From the human T2T-CHM13v2.0 reference genome, Homo sapiens: a stretch of 64,000 nucleotides of DNA. Position numbers and translations under genes: made by a program. Positions 48,443 through 64,000 of this stretch are shown one piece after another; the stretch's first letter is position 1; every line of letters begins with the position of its first letter. The stretch is taken from assembly GCF_009914755.1 (NCBI RefSeq), contig NC_060926.1; one strand, given 5' to 3'. The notes under the pieces were generated by a model, which was not told where the DNA came from, did not search any database, and saw only the letters and a program-made list of their open reading frames with translations.

Positions 48443-49935
48443 TATTCTATTTTGTGTATGTTTAAATATGTTCACAAAGAAAAAGAATTTAAATGCTGGT
48501 TATATTTTGATTTCGCTTCTCACTAATACGGCATGACTTGGAGTTTGAAAAACATTGTATTCAAATAGTCAATATAAATGCAAAGTAGACAAAAGCACCA
48601 GCTAGACAAATGTACCAGACTGTACCCTGAGAACTGGAGACCCGTTCATAGGAACATGATTAATTGACTTCTCCAACAAATAGTAGCTCAAACATCAAAA
48701 CTTGCAGTTGTTGCTAAACCATTTTACATAAAATATTAAATCTCCAAGATTGTAGCTATTATAATCTAAGAAAAAGATTTGCATGTAACACTAAAGTTTA
48801 AAAAGAAAAAAAAATTTAACTTTGAAATTCTGAGCCCAAGGTATAGTACTCAGCACCCTAAATCAGAAGCTTACAAAGCAGGTGGCATTACCCTTGTTTC
48901 TCTTAGATCAATTAATTTATTTCTTGCCTCCTAATAATTTTTTATGAATCACAATGATCAGAAAATAAAACTGATTCTTCATAACTGTTTGTCAGCCTTT
49001 TTGGAATCTATTCCAATTTTGACACAAGCACATTCAAAATAGTGTGAGCAAAGAACCAAGTGATTGCCTTAAGTTTAAAAGCCTGTTTTACTCAAAAGAC
49101 TTAACATATTTTAAGCAGCAGATTTAATGTTTAGCTGTGATTATGTTTTCTCTTAAGGCAACTTGTCTGATGAATCAAGGGCTTCTCCCATCTGTGACTG
49201 CATTTTTTATATCCAAATGTATTCATGTATGTAATTCCCAATTATTCAAAAATTATTCTGCTCAGATCTTTGTTTGCACACAGCTTCAAGATTCTCACTA
49301 CAAGTGGAGGTCCAATTTGCCATTGTTACACCCTTCAGCAACACTTCTGTCAAACAATGATTCTTTCAGAAGCTTACAAACCAGCAAGACAGATGCAGGG
49401 TCATGTACTGTAAGAAAGTAACCAACGCTGGCAACAAGGAGTTGTTGCTGATATTTTCCCAGTGTTACCATGTGTGAAGGCTGAAAAGTTTATGTGTTTC
49501 CCACAGGGCAGATAGTGTCTGGATAAATCAATATAGAATAGTAGTCAAACATAATTGGCATTTCAATGTACTATACAACTGAATCCCTTTAAAACATAAA
49601 ATGGATATAATTCTTATATTACTGAAAATAAACTTTAGGACGTCTTTATTGAACAATCATTGTTAATGCCTAAAATGTAACATGAATCTCTTAAATTTCC
49701 TGGATAATGGATGGTTTCTGTATGTCTTGTTTTGTTTTTAAGGAACTAGAAAATGTATTTAATTTTCTTTGAGCAATGGATAATGTGGAATTTCTATTTT
49801 AGCTTGTGTATCTCTGAGGGTTGAAAAATAATTTACATTGAACACTTTTATGCAACTTGCCTTCTGATCATTTCAGTTTAATTGGGAGAGGGAGGACTAA
49901 TAGAGTTTACTTGGGCTAGTACATTATGGATTTTC

Positions 49936-50248
49936 CGGCCGGGTGCAGTGACTCATGCCTGTAATCTCTGCACTTTGGGAGGCTGAGGCAGGTGGATCAC
50001 CTGAGGTCAGGAGTTCAAGACCAGCCTGCCCAATATGGTGAAACCCCATCTCTACTAAAAATACAAAAATTAGCCAGGCGTGGTGGTGGGCACCTGTAAT
50101 CCCAGCTACTCGGGTGGCTGAGGCATGAGAATCACTTGAACCTGGGAGGCAGAGGTTGAGTGAGCCAAGATCAAGATCATGCCATTGCACTCCAGCCTGG
50201 GCGACAAGAGCAAAACTCTGTCTTAAAAAAAAGAAAAAGAAAAAAAGA
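49936..50248 (+). mobile_element. AluS with TSD TATGGATTTTCC
   Basis: Dimeric Alu; TSD seen on both sides. Confidence 0.92.
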
Positions 50249-50579
50249 AGTATGGATTTTCCATTTCATTAAGTTGCAAGACACTGATGTGGCTCTTGTT
50301 CTTGGCTTCCCATCTTACTTTTCTTTCTCTTTTTAATAGATCCTACCTCTGAGCCCAGAGATGGACACATGACCAGGCCTGACTAATATATCACCCTGGT
50401 CACAATGATGATTCTGTAACAATCCTAGAGATGAGACCCAATCTACCCTAAACAACGTTTTTCCCTTGAACTAAAGGAGCTAGTAGGGAGTGTGTTTTGG
50501 TTTTTTAGGTCATGGAGCTTGAAGGAAGGGAAGACCTGCCTGCAGACAGCCTCTTCACCATGTGAAGAGAGCCCATTTT

Positions 50580-51131
<552 letters not shown>

Positions 51132-51884
51132 AAGAGCCCATTTTCAATGGAAGATAAAAAGGTCAACATACAGAAGGATACAGATGAGAGAGGGAGAGAG
51201 AAAAAAAAGAGAGGACATTCTGATGACCTATTTTGTTCCCTTAGATATAGCAGGAACTGAATTCCATTCTCGGATTCCCCAGTAAAATGAGTTAATAATT
51301 TTCTGTTGATTTCACATAACTTGAGTAGGGTTTCTGCTATTTGCACCTGAAAGAGCCCTGACTAACGTAAAAACTGGTAGGAAGAAATAGAGTGGCACAA
51401 TGTGCTTACTAAAGCTAGAGTTTCAGGAAATTTTTTTGGAGAAAAATATCAGGATAGTAGAGTTTGTTTGTTTGTTTTTGGCCTTCATTAACATTCTGGA
51501 CGAAGGGAACAAACTTCACTCCACGCTAAATCATTTGAAAGCAGGAGAATGGCAACAGCTTTGTTGAGCAGTCCTCTCTCCAGTTGCCTCAATCTCAGAC
51601 CACTGACAGTCACATAAGCTAGGTCTTAGAGAATTACCAAGGCTGAATTCTGTGCCTGAGCTTGCATTTAGTGTGACCGAAGTCAAGGAAGTGGACATCA
51701 CAAGAGGAGATTACTGGGTTCCAAGAGGGGTCAGAAAAACTGGGAGAAGCCTTAAAATTCAGATTGCTCCCAAACCCTCCTTTTCTGTACCCCTTACCTG
51801 ATGAAAGCAACAATTTCTCCATTTGTAAAGCACCATCCTCTAAGGTTCATCTTGGAATCAAGTGACACGTCCATTATTATATTA

Positions 51885-52325
51885 CCAGTTTACAGGTTGG
51901 GTTCCCAGGGAAACAGATTCTAAGACTCAGATTTGAGCCCAGGAGGTCTATTGGAGAGTGCTGTAGGGAATCATATTTGAGGGATGAGGGAAACCGGATT
52001 GGGCAGAAGGAGAGATCAAATTACGATGCAGTTGCAACTGAGGCCTCCCTCAGATCCTACAGAGAACTTTGGATCTCAGAAGACCCTTCAAAGTTATTCT
52101 GCTTTCAGCCAAGGCAACTGGGCCTTTATACTCCATTACTGAAGAGTCATTGGCTGTAGACTCTCTTCAGGGAAGAAGCATGGCCTTGAGTTAAGTGAAG
52201 GCAGGGGGGTTCCCAAAGAAACTCAAGCTGAGAGCCATCAGCTGCCAACATGTGCAGCAGCTGAGGAAGAGTACCTCAGCCCTAAAGGAGGAAACCCAGC
52301 TGGTGAGCCACATCATCTGCTATGC
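51885..52325 (-). mobile_element. ERVL-class solo LTR (LTR16/LTR33-like)
   Basis: gggttcccagggaaacagattctaagactcagatttg...ggtctattggagagtgc resembles an antisense ERVL LTR end. Confidence 0.5.
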
Positions 52326-53879
52326 CGCTCTATTGTGTCATATCACTCAGAGGAAAAGGTTGTATTAAAGTTGTTAAGATACAACCAAGAGCCAGAAATT
52401 ACAAGGACAGGGTCCAGATACAGGGACTATGACTTGATAAAATTTTGGCATTGGTTACTACCTAATGTAAACCGTAGGAATTAGATAGTCAGTTGACTAG
52501 TGTTTTAAGGGAAATGTATTAGCAGAGAAACTATGACTCTTGTAAATAAGGACTTGTAGTTGGCTCAAAGCCTTAGGCCATCTCTTATGCAATCCCTATG
52601 CCCTCTGAACACACCAATAAGAATTCTCTTCAATATCGATTTAAGATATGGCCATGGTGGTAATGGACATGAACATTATTCCATCAAGTAGAATTGTTAC
52701 AGTCAGATTGCAGACCAAGAAAAATCACCTCTGCTGCCAGGGAAAGAAGTCTTTATAAGCCCTGCCCAACAGGAAATGGTATTTGCTGTGCACTGACTGT
52801 GACTTCTGTTGGTTATTTCCTCCTTTTCTCATTTTTAAATGTGAATTTTTATTGCAATCTGCCTGGTTTTCTTCCCACCACTATGTGTTGAGCCTGTTGG
52901 GTTAGATAAATTTATAATTTATCCATAGATTATTAGATCACAATGAGCCACATTCAGGAAATGTGGTACACAAAGCAGGATGTATAAACGATGTCTGTCT
53001 TGGGGTTGTCTCCCACTAAAGAGTGAGTGGCATGTTTTCACTTGAGTGTGGTTCAGTTGAGTTGTTAGATTAAAGCGCTTTTTGAATTAATTATAGAAAG
53101 AAAGGTATGTGTTTGTGTCTGCATGTTAGAGGTCAAGGAGAAGATCGTGTCATGTAGCTGTCATTCCACACTGTTTCCCCTGCATGCATACTTCTTCTGA
53201 TTTCCAGTATCAGCCCCCACCTCTGGCCACAGGGATCAGCACGTGATGCTGGACTAGCGTATGACAGAATCACATCTTTTTGGCTAAAGTCATTCTTTTT
53301 GGGGACCCAAACTAGGCAATCTGAATAATTCATTTGATTTTACTGACTGCAGCTAGTAGGAAAGATGTCTGATCTTTGAGTCATAAGCCATGAAAATGTG
53401 AATCAGTAAATGCTGGTGGCCACTCTCCCTGCCTCCTCCCTACCCTCTGAAGAAACCTGTGTGTAGTAAGAGAATGAGGGCTACAAAAGAGAAACGGAGC
53501 CAAGGACTAGAAAGAGGCCTGATGATGACTTTACCGGGGTTTCTACATTCAACTGTGTCCAAAGCCAAAGTTACCCCTGGACTTTCCAGTTACATGAGCC
53601 TATACATCACCTTTGTACTTAAGCTAGTTTCAGAGAGGTTTTTACTGCTTGCACTAGGAAAAAGCCTGGCTTAGGTTTTGGATAGGACCACCATTCTCCC
53701 TGGTGTTAGGTTTAATTTTTTTTTTCTTAGATCCCAGGATGGACTGAATAGGTTTAATTCTTTAACAGCATGTTTCCTCTAAACATGAGTAAATGTGTAT
53801 TCTTTATTTTTATTATTATTTAAATGTTTTAATTAATTCTCTGTGTTATCATTTCTTTTTATCATTTTGTTGATTATAA

Positions 53880-54191
<312 letters not shown>

Positions 54192-54276
54192 AACTTCATT
54201 ACTTTTTTTAAAATGATGCATTAAAAATGCTGAAAGATTAAAACAACCAATTAGTATTCCAGAGTTTCAACAAAAG

Positions 54277-54587
<311 letters not shown>

Positions 54588-54807
54588 TCAAGGATAAGTG
54601 AACTTTAAAAAAAATCAGATTTTTTTTTGTTTTTTCATTTTAAATTCAAATGACAAAATCAGATATATTCTAAATTGAAACTAACATATCAAAGATATTC
54701 CACAGCAAAATAGTGCAAAGGTTAAGGAAGGACACCACAGGGCAAAGTTGAAACGGCCTGCCGACCAAGGGGCTTGGAAATAAGACTTTCAAAAATAAAA
54801 GTCTATA

Positions 54808-55098
54808 AGCCGGGCACAGTGGCTCACACCTGTAATCTCAGCACTTTGGGAGGCCGAGGCCGGGAGATCACTTGAGGCAGATCACAGGAGTTCGAGACCA
54901 GCCTGGCCAACATGGTGAGACCCCTTGTCTACTAAAAATACAAAAATTAGCCAGGTGTGGTGGTACATGCTTGTAATTCCAGCCACTTGGGAGGCTGAGG
55001 TGAGAGGATTCCTCGAACTCAGGAGGCAAAGGTTGCAGTTGGGCCGAGACTGCAACACTGAACTCTAGCCTGGGCGATGGAGCAAGACTCTATCTCAA

Positions 55099-55129
<31 letters not shown>

Positions 55130-55131
55130 AT
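54808..55131 (+). mobile_element. Alu with an (AAAT)n tail
   Basis: Dimeric Alu; tetranucleotide tail at 55097-55131. Confidence 0.9.
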
Positions 55132-55309
55132 CTCAATTAAATTCTACACTGCACACTACCACTGTCTCCCCAGATATAATTAGATGCTCTAGAGGCCTTA
55201 GTTTCTTCAATTTCCACAGATCCCATAACATATGTAACATATGTATTATATGAACTCCCCAGGTGATTCTGTTGCACACTGAATTACAAATTGATTGAGC
55301 ATATTATGT

Positions 55310-55495
55310 AAATTAACTCATAAGAGTTAATTTACATAATACCTGAATTCTATTACTAACCACTTTTTACAAATGAGGAAACTTAGGTACAGAAAGGATA
55401 GGTTGCTCAAGATCACACAGCTTAAGTGGCTGAGCCAAGTTTGAAACCTTGGCAGGCTGGTTCCAAAGCCAATGAGTTTAACCACTACAAAGTAC
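55310..55495 (-). mobile_element. MIR
   Basis: ttttacaaatgaggaaacttagg...caagatcacacagc antisense core. Confidence 0.75.
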
Positions 55496-55774
55496 CGTTT
55501 GGAAATAATGGCCTTAATGCAAAGGCACAGCATTAATGGTGACAACTGCAGGTAGGCCAGTAGAAGACATATTTGGGTTCGTTTGGGGTCATTCATTTAA
55601 CATTTTATTAGTCCCCCTTTTATTCAGTTAGTCCTGCCTTCTCAACTATATCAGAGTTCCTGAGAACACAGGTCCAGTTTTACTTCTCTCCTTGCTTATA
55701 ACAACCGGTGCAGTACACTGTTAGGTGGTGGCCAGATTTGGAAGTGCTAAATTGGCTTTAGAAATCTGTAAGTT

Positions 55775-56105
<331 letters not shown>

Positions 56106-57124
56106 GAAATCTGTAAATTTTAGATTCACTGGGGCCTAAAATAATGAGATTTATATTACATGTGATCAGTTCCTACCTTTTTGCAATTTTAGATGTTTAG
56201 CTAGATACTTTCTTCCCTTAGTCACATCAGATATCCTTTTGTTCATCTGCATTACTCAAAATTCACATTAATTTTACCAAGTTGGTGCAAGAACGTTCCC
56301 TTCCTGCAGCTGAAAGCAGTTCTTGAAAGATTTTTCTTTTGAGAAAGCTTCCAACAAGCTCTTTGCTCTTTGACTTTTGTTTGCTTCCTAGAAATGCACA
56401 CGCTTGGACAAAATTACTTTATCCAAATGCCAGTGATTGAAAAGACATTCTAATTATCTGTTGATGGTAAATCGTAAAAGTTGTTTGGGAACCCATTTGT
56501 TGAGCTTGTGAATGTTCAGAGGAAAGAATGGTCTACCTAGTACCTCTAAAATAAGTCTGGTATTTGTAACTGCTGTAGGCTTGATTGCATTGAATTATAA
56601 ATTGAATCATTACTAACTTAACCTCTGGGAGGTTTTCAGTGATTGTTTTATTCATCTGTACTGACTATGCTGCCCACAGCAACTCTGGCAATGATTCCCC
56701 TAGTGGTACGAAGGGGCTGCCCAGCCCTGCTGCAGAAATTCATGATGGCTGCATTTGCCTGCAGAATTTGGAAAGATCTAAGGTCTTTGGAGACTAGAAA
56801 TGTGTTTTTTTCCTTGTCTTAACTGGCAGTATGAGCCTCTGGCATTTCAAAGTGCAAGTCATTAGTGTCCACCAGGGTGATGTTAATCTGTCTGTGTTTC
56901 AGTCTCAGGACATTTTCCAGTTGCTTCTGCCACAGCAATCTCTGCCATCTCAGTGCTTTTGATGCCCCTTGTGAATTCAGGAAGTTCCACAGTGCTAGCA
57001 GGACTTCACAAAAACTAGTTGCTCACCGATCTTTCTCTTCCATCGTTCAAAGTCATCCTTAAAGAAGCCTTGATGCTTGCTTAAAAGGTGGTGCTTTTGT
57101 TGGGCATTTAAAAATATAAGCTGA

Positions 57125-57426
<302 letters not shown>

Positions 57427-58299
57427 TGTTGTTGTTTTTAAATTCTCAGGGGAAAGAAGACTTTTTTGTTTTGTATTTAGGGCTTGAGTCACGTAGTCTG
57501 GGGAAGTTAAGCTGATGTTGATAACATTCTACTGGAGCAGAAAGATGTGGGATTGCCAGAAGGCAAACAAAAACAAGGCACTTGAATAGTTGGAAGGGAC
57601 TCAGGAAAGCCAGAGGGTCCAGGTGACACTGAAAATGGGTGTGAGGGGCAGGAATTGCCAGGACATCCTTTCTTCCTCCATCTTCCTGGCATGACTGAGC
57701 TAAACCTCCTGCTGTCTGAGCTGTGGTTTGGTGGGGGACTGAAAGCGGGGAGAGTGCTCTCCTCCTGTCAGATCTTTCCAGACTCCCCAGTGCGTTAATA
57801 TGACATGAAGCCAAACCAAGCCGAAGAGCTAGCTGGCAATTGTGAAGAGCCTTGGCCTTTTATTTAATCATCAGAAAAACCAAGGCTCGTAAGTGCTGGT
57901 AAAGTGCCAGATTAATTATTCAGAAACGAGTGACTGAGATTGGACCAAGTATTGTCTCATTAGCATGCAGTGTCCATGCTGGAGTCTGGTTAGAAAAGCC
58001 ACAGAGACTACAGGAGGGGTCGATGGGAAGGGAACCAGAAGAAAAATAAAACTTTCTCTTTCTTGTACTGTGAAATCTCACACTATTGGAATATTCCCCT
58101 GCCCCCAAGTATAGGGTACTCTCCAGTAATATGCCTTGGCCCAGACCCTGTTCTGAAAGAGGCAAGACAATTATTCTGCCAGCCCCTTGCATCTGTGCCC
58201 ATAAACTTGGCCTTCTTTCCTCTTATAATGCATTGTGTTTAAGGCCAGCGCCCCTCTCATTTACATTCAGATCTCACCTCCTCCTCTTGCTTACTGAAG

Positions 58300-60480
<2,181 letters not shown>

Positions 60481-60699
60481 GTCAGATGACATAGTATCAG
60501 TTTTCATTTATAATAACAGCATGTTGAGCTTCAACTATGTGCAAGCCACTATACTAGGCATTTTACATACATAATTTTTAATCCTAACCATGAGTTTTCA
60601 GTGTAGACATTACTATCTCCTCTTTGCAAATGAGCAAACTGAGGCTCAGACAGGTTAGGTAATTTGTCCAAAGTAGTACAGCTAGATAGACAGTGGTAG

Positions 60700-61146
<447 letters not shown>

Positions 61147-62899
61147 TGATTTTAAAGTCTAAACCCTTTCCATTGCATTATACTACCTGTTTGTGACCAG
61201 GATACTGACTTAATCCTCTCAGGAAAATTTCACTTTTTTCTTTCAGGATTGGGGGCTGGGTTTATGTCTGGGTGCTCACCATAAGGCTGACCTACAAGCC
61301 TTTGAAAGAGTTTGCTGAGGTAATTGATCCTGTTTGTAAAATCCTTGGATCTCCAGGAGAGAATGTGGAGGGAAGTAGAGCATCTTCCCACCTGAGTGAT
61401 GGGGCCTGCAGGACTGGGGAAAACAAGCTCCTGGGGAACGGCTGCATTGAAGGCTCTCTTTTGTCTCTAAATGCTAATAGTTCTGGATTCAGAATCTTTT
61501 CTCTCTTTGACTGGACCCAGAAATAATAAAACAAAAACCTTACAGCATATAATTTGGCAATTTACTGGTATGGTAAGCTCACAAAAATTTTGTTCTCCTT
61601 GACAAGGCTCAGCTAATTCTATCAAAATAAATCTCTGAAGGAAAAAAGCTTTCTTTTAAAGTCAATGAGAAGCTTTTTAAAGAACAAAAATAACACTTTA
61701 AAACTGATATTCTGTGTATCTTCTTTCTCTTCTCTTTTTCAGAAGAAATCCTGTCCTTTTTGATAATAGAAAATAAGAAATGTCCGGGAGAAAAATGTCA
61801 AAATTTGGCATGCTATGAAGAGTGGAAATTTCTTCCAACATTACATTTTGAATTTTAAAGCGTTTTGAGCACAGATTATGCAGGGGTCAGGTTTCCACAG
61901 CCACATGTATCCTTTGTCAGTGACCATGCCCATGAATGGCCTCACAGTATTTTTCACTCAGCAGACCTTGACTAAGAAGAAAACCATTATGAAAGCCAAG
62001 TATTTCAGCATCTTCTCCAACTGGTCTCTCTTATGTTTGCTCTCTCAGGCTTCATGGACACTTCTCTGTTGTAAATGTGTTTGATCAGAGATGTTTTTCC
62101 TGCAGGTAAATCGCACAGCAAGGTTGAGCAGACAAGCTGAATTTTGTATTTCAGTAAAGCCACATCGACTGTGTATGTGTTCAACATTGTGCTAGGTGGT
62201 ATAAACGCTACAGTGCAGAAGAGGAAGATAGCAAAAACACGTTTATGAAGAGTCTGTTGTGTGCCAAATAATTTATACGATATATAATTTTATAACATAT
62301 TGGGTAAACATTATTCTTCATGGTTAGAGAAGAAAGGAAGCTGTGACAAATTAACTCACTCATAGGCAAGCTAGAGTGAGGAGGAATGGAGGAGCTAGGA
62401 CTGAAGTCTAGAATTGCCTGATACAAAAACACCCCACCCTTTCCATTATACTACATTAGTACAAAATCTAAGTTGAGATTCCCTTCCAAATGTGCTATGC
62501 TCCAATAAAATTTTGCCAAATTTGCCAAATGCCACTGATAAAGTCTGAAGGAAATTGGAAAAGAGGAAGATGCAAACATGTCTGGATTTCCAAGGAAGGT
62601 TTCATGGAGGAGGCAGGGTAGGGGCTGGGCCTCAAAACCTGGCGGGGCTTGTATGACGAGGGAGGAAAGTCACAGCAAAGGAGGGGAATTACAGGCTGGG
62701 AATCAGAAGTTGCCAAGAAGTAGAGGGGAATTACAGTGGCATGTGAAGAGTGAAGAGGTCATTGCTGTCACTGCTGCTGAGGGTGCGTGCTGAAAGCAGT
62801 AGCAGATAAGGATATGCAGGTATTAGGACCAGATTGCAGAGGACTTTCAAAGCCAGGTGGAGTTTTAAGTAGAGATATGGTGGAAGGTAGTGCAATCAA

Positions 62900-63560
<661 letters not shown>

Positions 63561-64000
63561 GTGGATAGAACATATGACTTTCAGAGGGGAAAGTTTTATA
63601 ATTAACTGAACATGATAGAATTCTCAGTGTATGTGAATCTTTTACACACATTGGAATACATATATCATAATTTTGTTTGGTTCTGCAATATAGTAAAGTT
63701 ATTCTTCAGATAGAATATAAAATATACACAACTATGACCACTTTGACATAAGCGCTCAACAGGACCTTCAATCCATCATCACCAGGGTCCCAGAGTTAAG
63801 AGAAACAACTGTGTCTACTTAGCCGATGGTGGTGTGTCAGCACCATGGACAGCGAGGCAGTAGCGACAGACTGCATCTACAGGCAGAGGAATTTAGACTT
63901 CTGTAAGGTAGTAGGTCTTTCGCATAAAAGCAGTGGAATGGAATCTTTCAGTGAATTTCAAAGACTAATCTTTTTCCCAGGCTTCCTTTTCTTTGGATTC

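Noticed and set aside
62681-62736. 14-bp direct repeat GAGGGGAATTACAG resembling paired NF-kB sites or a repeat-spacer unit
   Set aside because: Only two copies, an imperfect kB match, and located in degenerate repeat-like DNA. No CRISPR-like array is present anywhere in the window.
63700-64000. CpG-containing unique stretch with a donor-like AAG|gtagta (possible lncRNA exon)
   Set aside because: No clear acceptor, ORF or recognisable homology; cannot be supported from sequence alone.

Overview
Human genomic DNA containing the 5' part of LRPPRC, a mitochondrial pentatricopeptide-repeat RNA-binding protein gene, on the minus strand. Coding exons 1-14 were reconstructed by hand. All have GT-AG boundaries, and they join into one open frame of 1649 nt (codons 1-550) starting at ATG 43312. 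The gene continues beyond the left edge of the window. A CpG-island promoter lies at about 42.7-44.0 kb, followed by about 20 kb of upstream intergenic DNA. The rest is mostly interspersed repeats: about 50 Alu pieces, old L1M, L2 and MIR relics, a MADE1 MITE, MER5-type fragments and MaLR/ERVL LTR elements. I see no evidence of a new multi-gene system, and nearly all ORF-track entries are Alu/L1 or chance frames. Best second-look items: (1) a 46-nt MER4-group-LTR-like hairpin ending in an ACA box, retroposed with a poly(A) tail and TSD at 18.8 kb; (2) cryptic or alternative exons in intron 13, namely a terminal exon giving a 531-aa isoform and an in-frame exon with a perfect Kozak ATG; (3) an out-of-frame uORF overlapping the start codon; (4) several local templated duplications. 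Repeat subfamily calls and boundaries are by eye and approximate.
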